Part shown: in pieces, positions 19,241-29,634 of the stretch
Layout: each line of letters starts with the position of its first letter
Numbering within the stretch: position 1 is the stretch's first letter
DNA from: a bacterium
GTDB lineage: Bacteria; CLD3; SB21
DNA length: 64,000 bases
Assembly (NCBI GenBank): GCA_013360215.1
Contig: JABWCP010000002.1
Location: 1 to 64,000 of the forward strand
Direction of reading: 5' to 3'
Translations under genes and position numbers: made by a program
Notes under the pieces: generated by a model
Told to the model about the DNA's origin: nothing
Databases searched by the model: none
Seen by the model: only the letters and a program-made list of their open reading frames with translations

Positions 19241-20701
19241 ATGTCTGATCATGTATTAAAAGATCTCGAGCCTAAACGCGTTTTTGATTATTTTTATGAA
19301 ATAACTCAAGTCCCACGCCCTTCGAAAAAGGAAGAAAAAATCCGAGCGTATATTAAGGGAGTAGCACAAAAACTCAATTCGGACTGGAGTGAAGACGCCG
19401 CAGGGAATATTGTCATTCGTAAACCGGCCGCTCCCGGTTATGAGAATAAACCGGTTGTTGTTCTCCAAGGGCATTTGGATATGGTTTGCCAAAAAACGCC
19501 AGATACTCAAATTGATTTTGATAACGATCCGATCAAACCCCGCATTGACGGAGAATGGGTCAAAGCAACCGGCACGACGCTTGGCGCGGATAACGGAATT
19601 GCCGTAGCGACAATGCTGGCCATACTTGAAGACACGACCATGAAACATGGGGCGTTAGAATTACTATTTACCGTTGATGAAGAAACCGGTCTTACTGGCG
19701 CATTGAAATTGGAACCTTCCATGCTCAAAGGACGTTATTTACTCAATCTCGATTCGGAAGATGAAGGTGTGCTATTCATCGGTTGTTCAGGGGGGAAAGA
19801 CGGTGTTATTCATTTTCCGATCAAACGTAAACCGGCTAAAGAAAATGAAGCGCGCTGTCTTATCGCCATAGAAGGTGGTGTCGGTGGACATTCCGGTATG
19901 GATATTATTTTGGGCCGGGCTAATGCGAATAAAATTTTGACACGCGTGTTGTACGAATTAACCAAAGAGTTCAAATTTAAATTATCGGACATCAAAGGCG
20001 GAACCGTACGTAATGCCATTCCGCGTGACGCCGCTGCACATATAGCCGTACGCAAGGAAGATATCGGTGCATTTAAAGTACGCGTACAAAAAATGCATAA
20101 TTACCTCAGTGCGAAATATCAGAGTACCGATCCGGACCTGAAAATTATTTTTAAAGAAGCGCCCATTGCTCAGTTTACTACAATTAAACGCTCGCGTTCT
20201 GTTGAGCTGATCCGGCTTTTGAAATCATTGCCCAACGGCGTACAAGCTATGAGCAAAGATGTTGATGGTCTTGTCGAAACATCCGTCAATCTCGCAACAA
20301 TAGAAACACACGAAAAAGAGATCATAATAGGCTCCAGCCATCGCAGTGCGATCGAAGAGGAAAAACGAGACATTTTAGATCAAGTTGGCGCCATTTGTTC
20401 GTTGACGCATGCAACGGTGAAAGAAACCGACGGATATCCGGGATGGAAACCCAATCCACAGTCGAAGCTTCTGGCAATGACCAAAAAAGTTTTCAAAGAA
20501 ATTTACGGTAAAAATCCAAAGGTAACGGCTATTCATGCCGGTTTGGAGTGCGGTATTATCGGTGAAAAATTTACCGATATGGATATGATTTCTTTTGGGC
20601 CGACCCTTCGTAACGTTCACTCGCCGGATGAAGGTCTCCACATACCGACCGTAAAACCATTTTATACTGCGGTACAAAAGCTGTTGGAGACCATCGCGTA
20701 A
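19241..20701 (+). CDS. pepD: Aminoacyl-histidine dipeptidase (M20C)
   Basis: LQGHLDMV, TTLGADNGI, DEETGL, GGHSG, IHAGLECG, VHSPDE. Confidence 0.95.
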   Translation: MSDHVLKDLEPKRVFDYFYEITQVPRPSKKEEKIRAYIKGVAQKLNSDWSEDAAGNIVIRKPAAPGYENKPVVVLQGHLDMVCQKTPDTQIDFDNDPIKPRIDGEWVKATGTTLGADNGIAVATMLAILEDTTMKHGALELLFTVDEETGLTGALKLEPSMLKGRYLLNLDSEDEGVLFIGCSGGKDGVIHFPIKRKPAKENEARCLIAIEGGVGGHSGMDIILGRANANKILTRVLYELTKEFKFKLSDIKGGTVRNAIPRDAAAHIAVRKEDIGAFKVRVQKMHNYLSAKYQSTDPDLKIIFKEAPIAQFTTIKRSRSVELIRLLKSLPNGVQAMSKDVDGLVETSVNLATIETHEKEIIIGSSHRSAIEEEKRDILDQVGAICSLTHATVKETDGYPGWKPNPQSKLLAMTKKVFKEIYGKNPKVTAIHAGLECGIIGEKFTDMDMISFGPTLRNVHSPDEGLHIPTVKPFYTAVQKLLETIA

Positions 20702-21450
20702 TGATAGATGAAGCGCTTATTCGCCGTCTGCAACAAGCTAAGCGTTGGGTTTTTTTCACGGGCGCCGGGATGTCCGCCGAGAGCGGTGTTCCGACATTTC
20801 GGGACGCACAAAGCGGTCTATGGGCGCATTTTAAACCGGAAGAATTAGCCACCCCTCAGGCATTTAAACGTAATCCCAAAATGGTATGGGAATGGTACGC
20901 GATGCGACGTCAAATGATCGCAGCGGCTAAACCCAACGCGGGTCATTACGTGATTTCCAAACTGGAAAAACATTTTGAAGTGACGACAATCACTCAAAAT
21001 ATAGATAACTTACACACCATAGCCGGCAGTACACGTGTATTGGAACTTCATGGTAATATTTTTCGAACTAAGTGTTTTACGGATGATAAAATTGTAGAAC
21101 ATCCATTGGATACGGATGATATACCGCCGCTATGTCCCAGATGCGGTGGCTATGTAAGGCCGGACGTGGTTTGGTTTGGAGAATTATTACCCGAAAAAAT
21201 TTTTGAACAGTCTATGCAAGCGGCATCAAACACGGATGTTTTTTTATGTATCGGTACCAGCGGTGTCGTATATCCGGCGGCCGGGTTGCCGATACATGCG
21301 CGACAATCGGGGGCACTATTGATTGATATCAACCCTGAAACGACGCCTATCTCCGAACAAGCCGCATACCACCTTCAAGGCGCGTCGGGGCCTATTTTGT
21401 CACAACTATTTGAAAAAGTAACCGGCCATTTTATGGAATCACGCACATGA
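20701..21450 (+). CDS. cobB: NAD-dependent protein deacylase (class III sirtuin)
   Basis: TGAGMSAESGVPTFR, WY..RR, TQNID, HGN, RPDVVWFGE, GTSGVVYPAA. Confidence 0.93.
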   Translation: MIDEALIRRLQQAKRWVFFTGAGMSAESGVPTFRDAQSGLWAHFKPEELATPQAFKRNPKMVWEWYAMRRQMIAAAKPNAGHYVISKLEKHFEVTTITQNIDNLHTIAGSTRVLELHGNIFRTKCFTDDKIVEHPLDTDDIPPLCPRCGGYVRPDVVWFGELLPEKIFEQSMQAASNTDVFLCIGTSGVVYPAAGLPIHARQSGALLIDINPETTPISEQAAYHLQGASGPILSQLFEKVTGHFMESRT

Positions 21451-22079
21451 ATCGTGGTATTTTTATTTCGTTCGAAGGTATTGACGGCTGCGGTAAATCC
21501 ACCCAGATTCGACGTTTGCAAATGCGTATCGAAGCCGAGGGACTGCCGGTCATCGCTATGCGTGATCCGGGAGGTACTGCCGTATCCGAAAAAATACGTC
21601 AAATTTTGTTATCTACCGAAAGCGTCATTGATCCGGTTACGGAATTATTACTCTACGAAGCGGCGCGAGCCCAGATCTTAGCGGAAAAGATCAGACCTTC
21701 GTTGGCCGAAGGACATGTCGTGTTAATTGACCGTTTTTTTGATTCGACGACGGCCTACCAAGGATATGGGCGAAAAATTGATTTGTCGCTGATCCACGCA
21801 GCTAACCATATCGCTACACAAGGCCTTTCACCGGATCGCACCTACCTGATCGATATTTCGTGGGATGAAAGCCAGAAACGACGCATTGCGTCGCAGAAAG
21901 ATCGAATGGAAAACGAAGGGCGGGATTTTTTTGAATACGTTCGTCAAGGATACTTAGCTCTCGCCGAAAAAGAATCCGGACGCGTATTACGTCTGGATGG
22001 AGATCAAAATATAGATCGTCTATCTAATCTCATATACCAAGATTTTCTTACTCTCCGCGATAGAACGAAGTCATCATAA
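21447..22079 (+). CDS. tmk: Thymidylate kinase
   Basis: FEGIDGCGKSTQ, RDPGGT, IDRFFDSTTAYQGYGR. Confidence 0.95.
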   Translation: MNRGIFISFEGIDGCGKSTQIRRLQMRIEAEGLPVIAMRDPGGTAVSEKIRQILLSTESVIDPVTELLLYEAARAQILAEKIRPSLAEGHVVLIDRFFDSTTAYQGYGRKIDLSLIHAANHIATQGLSPDRTYLIDISWDESQKRRIASQKDRMENEGRDFFEYVRQGYLALAEKESGRVLRLDGDQNIDRLSNLIYQDFLTLRDRTKSS

Positions 22080-23326
22080 TGATCCCTTTGAAAAAAATCG
22101 AGCACTACAAAGGCGAATTGTCGCTGGGTATTATGGTGACCGGACTGTTGGCGTGTTTTTTTATCGCGGCTTCATATCCTCATTTTTCACCGATGCTGGT
22201 ATTTATTCTGCAGTCCGGTTTTGAAGCTGGTACAGTGGGCGGAGCAGCCGATTGGCTAGCTGTAAAGATGATTTTTGATGAAATCAAGATTGGTCGCTTT
22301 CGTATTGTGCCGGCTTCCGGTATTATTCCGCGAAAACAGAAATCTATTGCTGAAGGCGCCGGTAAATTAGTCGCAGAAGAATGGTTATCCAAGGACAGTA
22401 TAACCGGCTGGTTAAGCTCATTTGATGCCGCATCGGCATTAGCCGTTCATTTAAAAAAAATTGAGCAGAACGGTGAGTTGGATCGTTTTATCAATTGGGG
22501 ACGCGCACGAATTATTCAATGGCTGGATTCGCCTGGATCGGATTCATATTTTGAAATGTTATTGCGCGAAGGATTAAAAAATATCAAACCGATGCATTTT
22601 TTGGGGCACTCTGTACCGGACGAACAATTTACTAAAGTTCTTCACCGCTTACTTGATCACGCGCCTGAAAAAATAGCCGATACCATGACTTCACAAACCG
22701 TGTATGAACTCTTGCGCGATAATATTGAAAGAGAACAAGGTTTTTTTTCCAAGTTATTCTTTGACGCTGGCGAATTAACTGAACGCATCATTACCAAAGT
22801 GACATCTATATTGAGATCCATAGCTGCCGATGAAAATCATGAACTACGCCTGGAAATAATAAAACGCGCCTCGGTATGGAAACAAGCGCTTAAGGGTCAA
22901 GATAACAATACATGGGACACATGGATACAAGAGTTTATAGGTGAAACAGATTTGAAACAATACATACCAGGGATCAAAGTAAAATTAAAATCATTATTGG
23001 ATAGTGAAACGGATAGCGGAAAAAAAATAGATGAACTGTTAAAAAACATTTGGCAAAATACCATTTTTATGTTAGAATCAGATCGTAGCTTACAGGTAGC
23101 CGTCAACACCCGTTTTACTGAAATAGCGTCCGATATGCTGCAAGCGCATCACGGTAAGATTGCGGAATTGGTGACCTATAACATCAATAAATTATCTGTG
23201 CAGGAGATACGTGATCAATTCCGCTCGCGAACATATGATGATATGCAGTGGATTCGTGTCAACGGTGCCGTAGCCGGTTTTGTGATTGGAATTCTTATTG
23301 GTTTGTTTCGTTTAATTATCGGATAG
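22079..23326 (+). CDS. DUF445 family membrane protein
   Basis: EAGTVGGAADWLAVKMIF, GIIPRK, C-terminal DMQWIRVNGAVAGFVIG. Confidence 0.85.
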   Translation: MIPLKKIEHYKGELSLGIMVTGLLACFFIAASYPHFSPMLVFILQSGFEAGTVGGAADWLAVKMIFDEIKIGRFRIVPASGIIPRKQKSIAEGAGKLVAEEWLSKDSITGWLSSFDAASALAVHLKKIEQNGELDRFINWGRARIIQWLDSPGSDSYFEMLLREGLKNIKPMHFLGHSVPDEQFTKVLHRLLDHAPEKIADTMTSQTVYELLRDNIEREQGFFSKLFFDAGELTERIITKVTSILRSIAADENHELRLEIIKRASVWKQALKGQDNNTWDTWIQEFIGETDLKQYIPGIKVKLKSLLDSETDSGKKIDELLKNIWQNTIFMLESDRSLQVAVNTRFTEIASDMLQAHHGKIAELVTYNINKLSVQEIRDQFRSRTYDDMQWIRVNGAVAGFVIGILIGLFRLIIG

Positions 23327-23361
23327 ATTTCGTTATTAATAACAAAAGCGAAAGATCTGTT

Positions 23362-26193
23362 ATGCAAAAACTTTACGTGGCCGGGCTAGTTTTTCTGTTA
23401 AGTTTTTTCTCAGGCGTCATTGTCGCACAAACAAATATGACGTTCTTGAGTCAAAAAGACGATCACGGAAGCAACTATGCTAACCTCTGGGGGTATGTTG
23501 ACTCACTGGGAAATGAATATGCTATCGTGGGATGTTTCAACGGCACAGCGATAATCAATGTTACCAATCCCGCATCTCCCACTGAAATCGCATACATTCC
23601 TGCCCCCAGTTCGTCATGGCATGAAGTTCAGGTTTGGGATAAATATGCTTATGTCGTATCTGAAGGTGGTAACGGTTTGCAGGTAATTGATTTATCTCAA
23701 TTGCCGGCCTCGGCCTCATTAGTTCAAAACTGGACAACACCAAATTATTTCAGAACACACGCACTACAAGTGCGTGACGGGTATGCTTATCTAACCGGTG
23801 GTAATGTGACACAAGGTGTCCCCGGCGGCAAAGATATAGGTGGAATTAAAATCGTCAGTTTAGCGGATCCAAGAAATCCAGTGGAAGTGGGGAACTGGGC
23901 GGAAAATTATGTACATGACTGCTATGTACGCAATGATACGATCTACGCTGCTTCGATTTTTCAGGGCATTATTTATGTCATTGACACAAAAGTTAAATCT
24001 AAGCCACGTACCATTCATCAGTTTACTTATCCTAATGCATTTAGTCACAATACCGCATTATCTGACGACGGAAATTATCTTTTCACTACGGATGAAACTT
24101 CAAGCCCGGCAGGTCGTTTACGAATTTGGAATATTTCAACTCTGCGCGATGGAATTCCAAACAATACGAATATCTCGCAAGTCAAAGATTTTGGTACGAC
24201 GGCCATCGTTCACAATGTTTACGTCAAAGGGCGTTATGCCTATGCTTCCTACTATACCGAAGGCGTACGAATTTGGGATCTAAATAACATTTCGACCTTG
24301 CCTGTCGCCGGTGCATACGATACATATGATGCGGATAATTCGGCGAATTTTACCGGTGCGTGGGGTGTTTTTCCTTTTTTTCCTTCGGGTAACATTGCGA
24401 TCTCCGATATGGTACGGGGCTTGATCATGACCAGCTTTAGCGGTAAAGAAACTGGGCAAATCAATGGTACTATCAAGGACATAAACACGGACCTACCTTT
24501 AGCAGGGGTCAAGGTCGCCTTACTTGAGGATACCCAAACGCGTATGACGGATGTCTCCGGGCAATATAGTTTTTCAGCTCTGCGTGGTGCAACAACCGTA
24601 AGGCTTCGCAAATCGGGATACCGCACGGCATACCATAATACTACAGTACCGTTAAATAGCACCTCTACTTATAACTTTACGATGACACCGCTGCCTCTTG
24701 ATCCACCTTCTATGATTACAGCCATCGGAGATAGTGGCATTGCAACTTTGACATGGAATGTCATCGCACCGGATGACATAATCAAATATAGAATTTATTA
24801 CGGGACGTCGCCTAATCCTACAGCGCAGATGGATTCCGTCATTGATGCGCGGGATACGGTGCGTTTGTATTCAACGCTTACAGTTGGCGGAACATATTAC
24901 TTTAGAGTAAAAGCCGTGTATTGGGACGGCCAGGTAAGCGATTTTTCTCCTGAGGTAAGTACGTTTATTCCCAACAAAAAACCTGCCGCCACGACGATTT
25001 TGAGTTTGCAATCGGATAGCGCTCAGGCAACGTTGCGCTGGCTTAAAACCAACGATAGTGATTTCCTGCGATATCGTATATTCGCGGGCACTTCACCCAA
25101 TCCGACGACACAAGTAGACAGCGTTTCTACGCAAGCCGATACAGTACAAACGATATTCAATCTTACGAACGGGCAAATGTATTATTTTGCTGTCAGCGTT
25201 GTGGATGTGGACGGTCTTGTGAGTCGTTTGTCAAATGAGGTTTCAGTTGTTGTAAATCCAATTGCATTAAATTTGGTTACAGCCTTGTATCAGAATTCAA
25301 TTCTTCCCCAATATGTCAATGTTGTAGTGAATACGAATATTGCTTTGATCAATTCGCCCAGTGTAAGGGTGTGGCGAACCAACGATACGACGACGGTCGC
25401 ACTCAGTTCGTTACCCGGAACTACGAATACTTATTCCGGTAGTTATCAGCTTAAACAAAGCGGAACATACACAATCCAAACACGTGGGATTTCATTCAGA
25501 AATCAAGATTCTACAAAATTACGTTATCTCACGGCTACTTTGGCCAAACCAAGTTCGGATAACCGTTTAACTACTGAAGACGGGGCTTCCGTATTGATGA
25601 TTCCGGGTAGTGCTGTGACAACCGATATGTTTTTTACATGTTCGATAGAAAAAAATGAAGAAGCCGAACGAATTTACGCGTTTGGACCGGATATCAACTA
25701 TACTGCGCCACTGCAACTTCAATTCAAGTTGCCCGCTTTAACTAATGAACAGCCTAAAAAATGGTTTATTCTTCGCGAAGAAAATGGACAGTGGATCAAA
25801 CTAGAATCACATGTACTGGCCAATGAAAATATAATACGGACAAACACCTCCTCGTTAGGCCGATTTAAATTGCAATACGATCCGACGAGCGGTGACGAAT
25901 CGTTGATTGTGAAATCATTTGATCTAAAACAAAACTTTCCCAATCCGTTTAATCCGGAAACGACTATAGCCTTTACTTTGGAAAATAATTCTGATAGGTT
26001 GACGTTGGCGGTTTACAATGCACTTGGCCAAAAAATAAAAACATTATGGGATGGACCGAAAACTTCAGGCTACCATCGCGTTACTTGGGATGGAACTAAT
26101 GAAACCGGGCAACGGGTGAGCACGGGGATATATATATACCGTGTGAATACCGGCAAGTCCGTGTTTAGTAAAAAAATGCTTCTGATCAAATAA
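23362..26193 (+). CDS. Secreted choice-of-anchor B (LVIVD-repeat) protein with carboxypeptidase-regulatory-like domain, two FN3 domains and FlgD/T9SS-like C-terminal domain
   Basis: Signal peptide from ATG 23362; WGY...EYAIVG, YVHD, HN...HN, GAWGVFPFFPSG; two FN3 repeats (YRIY/FxGTSPNPT); QNFPNPFNPETTI...WDG...KKMLLIK. Confidence 0.88.
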   Translation: MQKLYVAGLVFLLSFFSGVIVAQTNMTFLSQKDDHGSNYANLWGYVDSLGNEYAIVGCFNGTAIINVTNPASPTEIAYIPAPSSSWHEVQVWDKYAYVVSEGGNGLQVIDLSQLPASASLVQNWTTPNYFRTHALQVRDGYAYLTGGNVTQGVPGGKDIGGIKIVSLADPRNPVEVGNWAENYVHDCYVRNDTIYAASIFQGIIYVIDTKVKSKPRTIHQFTYPNAFSHNTALSDDGNYLFTTDETSSPAGRLRIWNISTLRDGIPNNTNISQVKDFGTTAIVHNVYVKGRYAYASYYTEGVRIWDLNNISTLPVAGAYDTYDADNSANFTGAWGVFPFFPSGNIAISDMVRGLIMTSFSGKETGQINGTIKDINTDLPLAGVKVALLEDTQTRMTDVSGQYSFSALRGATTVRLRKSGYRTAYHNTTVPLNSTSTYNFTMTPLPLDPPSMITAIGDSGIATLTWNVIAPDDIIKYRIYYGTSPNPTAQMDSVIDARDTVRLYSTLTVGGTYYFRVKAVYWDGQVSDFSPEVSTFIPNKKPAATTILSLQSDSAQATLRWLKTNDSDFLRYRIFAGTSPNPTTQVDSVSTQADTVQTIFNLTNGQMYYFAVSVVDVDGLVSRLSNEVSVVVNPIALNLVTALYQNSILPQYVNVVVNTNIALINSPSVRVWRTNDTTTVALSSLPGTTNTYSGSYQLKQSGTYTIQTRGISFRNQDSTKLRYLTATLAKPSSDNRLTTEDGASVLMIPGSAVTTDMFFTCSIEKNEEAERIYAFGPDINYTAPLQLQFKLPALTNEQPKKWFILREENGQWIKLESHVLANENIIRTNTSSLGRFKLQYDPTSGDESLIVKSFDLKQNFPNPFNPETTIAFTLENNSDRLTLAVYNALGQKIKTLWDGPKTSGYHRVTWDGTNETGQRVSTGIYIYRVNTGKSVFSKKMLLIK

Positions 26194-26204
26194 GGGGAGA
26201 CAAC

Positions 26205-26792
26205 ATGAAACGTATAATATATTCATTATTAGTAGTTCTTACCGCGATGTCGTGCGATGTGGATGTGGAAGATACATCACCGAATTCGTATGCCGAATTT
26301 ATGTCGGAAGGATGGATTTTATTTAGCCAAACTTATTACGACTCTTCGTATCAAACATTTGTCGATGCCATAAAGAAATATCCGGATTCGGCCGATGTAT
26401 ATACGGGCGCCGGATGGGCATTGATGAAAATGGACAGTTTGAATAAAGCCGGTCAAACTTTTACAACAGGATCAACCAAAGTCGGTAAGGATGTTGACTT
26501 TTATGCCGGTTGGTCTTTTTGCGAAAATGCACGGCGTCAGTTTTCAAGTTCCAATGAAAAATTAATGACGGCACTCAGCCTTAAGCCAACCTGGTCATTT
26601 CCGTATGCCGGAAATATCGGAGCATCGGATCTTAAAGCAATGAAAGCAGAAAATTATTTTATGATGGGTGATTTTGTATCAAGCCTGGCTGCTGTACAAG
26701 TACTGGATCCTAATTTCACAGCCGATATACAATCTGATGTTGGTATAGGTGAATTGGCCGTTAAAATAGAAGCGCTAAAAAAGGCCAATTAG
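26205..26792 (+). CDS. TPR-containing lipoprotein, function unknown
   Basis: Lipobox-like AMSC; TPR-like EGW..F...Y and YTGAGWA; GGAG SD; directly downstream of the cargo gene. Confidence 0.7.
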   Translation: MKRIIYSLLVVLTAMSCDVDVEDTSPNSYAEFMSEGWILFSQTYYDSSYQTFVDAIKKYPDSADVYTGAGWALMKMDSLNKAGQTFTTGSTKVGKDVDFYAGWSFCENARRQFSSSNEKLMTALSLKPTWSFPYAGNIGASDLKAMKAENYFMMGDFVSSLAAVQVLDPNFTADIQSDVGIGELAVKIEALKKAN

Positions 26793-26848
26793 TATCTACT
26801 AAAAACGACTCCATAATAAAAAAAAGCTCTATGTAGAAGGCCGGTATT

Positions 26849-28975
26849 TTACTGTTTGTCATTGAGGTAGATTTTTAGTTTGTCGCCGACCTTAATGGTA
26901 TTGGAAGAAAGTTTATTCCATCGTTTGATGTTGGACACTTCTACATTAAACATTTTTGCAATGCTGATCAGATTATCGTTATCCTGCACGACATATATTT
27001 TCATTCCCGGCTCTTCGGCCGTCACTTCTTTGGTGCGTTTATTGGTAGCGTTACGATAACCCTCGTCCGGCATATACTGATCAATATAAAGCGTCAATAC
27101 CTGGCCAGGGAATATCGGATCGCCGTAATAAAGCCCGTTCCAGTCGCGAATGTTTTGCGCGGTGATATTATACCACTCGGCAATATGACCTAATGTCTGA
27201 CCGGCTTCGACTTTAAAAGTCAATTTCTTCTTTCCTGCCATCCAGTTGGTATTGGTTTTACCGGTACCACCCGCATTAGTAGTCTTAGTTTGATTGGAAG
27301 TATTTGCCACGGGTGTATTTCGGACAGGTGTAGGCTCTTTGGTAGCTACATACGATTTGGGCGCCACCGGGATAAGAATCCATTGGCCCGTCGTTAAGTT
27401 AACACTGCTTTTTAACTGATTGGCCTGTTGTATGGCTTTGACGTCCGTCCCATAACGATTGGCAATTCCGGACAAGGTTTCGCCGTACTTGACCTGATAG
27501 CGTACCCATGAGCGTTTCTTGTCTTGTGGAATTTTGGCATAATTTTCAAGAAATGCAGTACGTGTTCCAAAGGGAATTTTCAACAGATAGTTTGGAACTG
27601 TCGGAGGTGTACACCAACGAAGAAGTGCAGGGTTGAGGTCGCGAATACTGTCCGGTGTCGAGTTGACGCATTGCGCGATAATCTCCAGATCAAGACATTC
27701 GGTCACAGTTACCGTATCCATGCGTGCAGCCGATTCGGTTTCCAAGGCAATACCGTATTTAGCCGGGTCGCGAACGATCTGTGTAGCGGCTATAAAATAG
27801 GGAACATAGTTACGTGTTTCCCTAGGTAATTTGGTCATTTCCCAATAATCGCGTGTATTATTTTTCTTCATTGCATTATATATACGACCCGATCCGGCGT
27901 TATAAGCGGCTAATGCCAAATACCAGTCGCCAAACTCATTAAACAGATCCTTGAGGTATTTGAAGGCATAACGCGTGGAAACGTATAAGTCCCGGCGATC
28001 GTCAACCCACCAGTCAACATTCATCCCATAACCGGTAGCTGTTTTTTTGACAAACTGCCAATGCCCGACAGCGTGAGCGTGCGAACGCGCCTGTGCGCTA
28101 TATCCGCTTTCGATCATCGCAAGGTATATCATATCGTCGGGAACACCTTCTTCACGAATGATCGTGCGAATCAAGTCGGCATCGCGGCCAAATTTGCGAT
28201 ATAGATATTTGATGTTTGCGCCGCCATTTTTGGTGAGGTAGTCCGTAAACTTACGAATCCGCTCGTTATCAATATTGATCGGAATAAAATCCATGGCGTG
28301 ACCCTTGGCGATCGGTGCTTTGATCGTACCGATGGAATTACTTCCGCTCAAACCGATATCATAAAATACCAACCGGCTTATCACGGTTTGTTGGAACGAA
28401 TCCTCTTTGTATTCATTTTGGATTTCAAGCAGATTTTTGTACTGATCGATGATGCCTGAGGCTAACCAATTGGGGTAATCCATTTTTCCATTGGTGCCAT
28501 TTTCTTCATTTTCAGTTTTAGTGTCATCCGCAGGAGCGGCTTCAGATAAGTCAATATTGGGATCGAAAAGATTATTGGCATTGTCATCGGTTGTTTCTTG
28601 TTTAGCCAATACATCGCCCCAGGCGACTAACGCGTCAATGGCTTTTTGATAATACGATTTGGCAAGCGATGCATTTTGATCAACATACCAGGCTTTGAGC
28701 GCCAAACTATAATTAGCCTTAACGGATGCTATAGCTGTAGTATCTTCGACGGAACCGTTACTAAGCCCTGAAACCGCCGGAGTCAATTCTAAAAACTGAA
28801 CCGGTTGTTCATTGATCTCAGGTTTGACAGTATCTTTCATCGTCAAACTATCGCGAACCGAAACGACAGAACTCATAGGGGACGAAGTTGCTTCTTTAGC
28901 AGAGGAACAGGAGGCAAGCGATATCAAAATAACAAAGCTCAACATCATAATACAAAAATTAAAAACGCGTAGCAT
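26849..28975 (-). CDS. mltD: Membrane-bound lytic murein transglycosylase D-like (SLT plus three LysM), lipoprotein
   Basis: LASC lipobox; AMIESG, AVGHWQF, LAAYNAG, ETRNYVP; three LysM repeats. Confidence 0.92.
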   Translation of the reverse strand: MLRVFNFCIMMLSFVILISLASCSSAKEATSSPMSSVVSVRDSLTMKDTVKPEINEQPVQFLELTPAVSGLSNGSVEDTTAIASVKANYSLALKAWYVDQNASLAKSYYQKAIDALVAWGDVLAKQETTDDNANNLFDPNIDLSEAAPADDTKTENEENGTNGKMDYPNWLASGIIDQYKNLLEIQNEYKEDSFQQTVISRLVFYDIGLSGSNSIGTIKAPIAKGHAMDFIPINIDNERIRKFTDYLTKNGGANIKYLYRKFGRDADLIRTIIREEGVPDDMIYLAMIESGYSAQARSHAHAVGHWQFVKKTATGYGMNVDWWVDDRRDLYVSTRYAFKYLKDLFNEFGDWYLALAAYNAGSGRIYNAMKKNNTRDYWEMTKLPRETRNYVPYFIAATQIVRDPAKYGIALETESAARMDTVTVTECLDLEIIAQCVNSTPDSIRDLNPALLRWCTPPTVPNYLLKIPFGTRTAFLENYAKIPQDKKRSWVRYQVKYGETLSGIANRYGTDVKAIQQANQLKSSVNLTTGQWILIPVAPKSYVATKEPTPVRNTPVANTSNQTKTTNAGGTGKTNTNWMAGKKKLTFKVEAGQTLGHIAEWYNITAQNIRDWNGLYYGDPIFPGQVLTLYIDQYMPDEGYRNATNKRTKEVTAEEPGMKIYVVQDNDNLISIAKMFNVEVSNIKRWNKLSSNTIKVGDKLKIYLNDKQ

Positions 28976-29009
28976 TACAAACTCCTTAAATATACATTTT
29001 TAAACCGCG

Positions 29010-29040
29010 GCAATATAAAGCATAGGATAAGTATTGTCAA
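29010..29040 (-). promoter_or_regulatory. Putative primary-sigma promoter of mltD
   Basis: Minus strand reads TTGACA-17 nt-TATATT(GC). Confidence 0.7.
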
Positions 29041-29065
29041 CCAAAGTTTAACGAACACCGCTTTG

Positions 29066-29160
29066 TTTTTGAAAGACTTATCAAGGTGAGATATTTTGAC
29101 AATGCTTAACAAAGCGATTGTTAATGCATCAAAATATCATATATTGATTCGTCTCAAAAA
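29066..29160. repeat. Long imperfect inverted repeat upstream of rnpB
   Basis: Core gatattttga..tgc-ttaacaa / ttgttaa-tgca-tcaaaatatc (29090-29138); outer arms tttttga..gac..atcaa / ttgat..gtctcaaaaa. Confidence 0.65.
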
Positions 29161-29175
29161 GTTCTTTGAAAGCAT

Positions 29176-29625
29176 GAAAAGCAGATGCGATGATCGTTCC
29201 GTATCGTAGTGATAACGGAAAGGAAAGTCCGAACTCCTTAAGGCGCGGAACTGGCCGAGATTTCCAAGAAATGCAAGGTCGGGTGATGATCGCGAAAGCG
29301 GTGATCAACGGATAGTGGAACAGAAAATAAACCGCCACGCCGATGGTGTGGTAAGGGTGAAACCGTGCGGTAAGAGCGCACGTGGTGTTTGCGCAAGCGG
29401 CGCCATGCTAAACCCTTCCGGGAGCAAGATCAAATAAGAAGAAGTCCCGCAAGGGGCGGGCCGCCTGCCTGATTCGCAAGAGCTTCTTCGGGTAGATCGC
29501 ATTCCGTCGCATGGTATCATGCCGGTCATGATGCCGTGAACGGGATTTCCGGCTTGCCGGAAAAGATAAATGATCATCCGTATGCTTCGGCGTACGAACA
29601 GAATTCGGCTTACGATCTGCTTTTC
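29176..29625 (+). ncRNA. rnpB: RNase P RNA, bacterial type A, ~450 nt
   Basis: P1 gaaaagcagat/atctgcttttc; AGGAAAGTCCGAAC; ACAGAAA..AAACCGCC; GGTAAGGGTGAAA..GTGCGGTAAGAGCGCAC; GAGCAAG; AGATAAATGAT; ACAGAATTCGGCTTA. Confidence 0.97.
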
Positions 29626-29634
29626 AATTTTTAT

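Noticed and set aside
29400-29500. Loss of the CCA-binding GGU motif in RNase P RNA
   Set aside because: The variant GCTAAAC lies in the P11 region; the L15 GGU is present (cgggtag at ~29489-29495).
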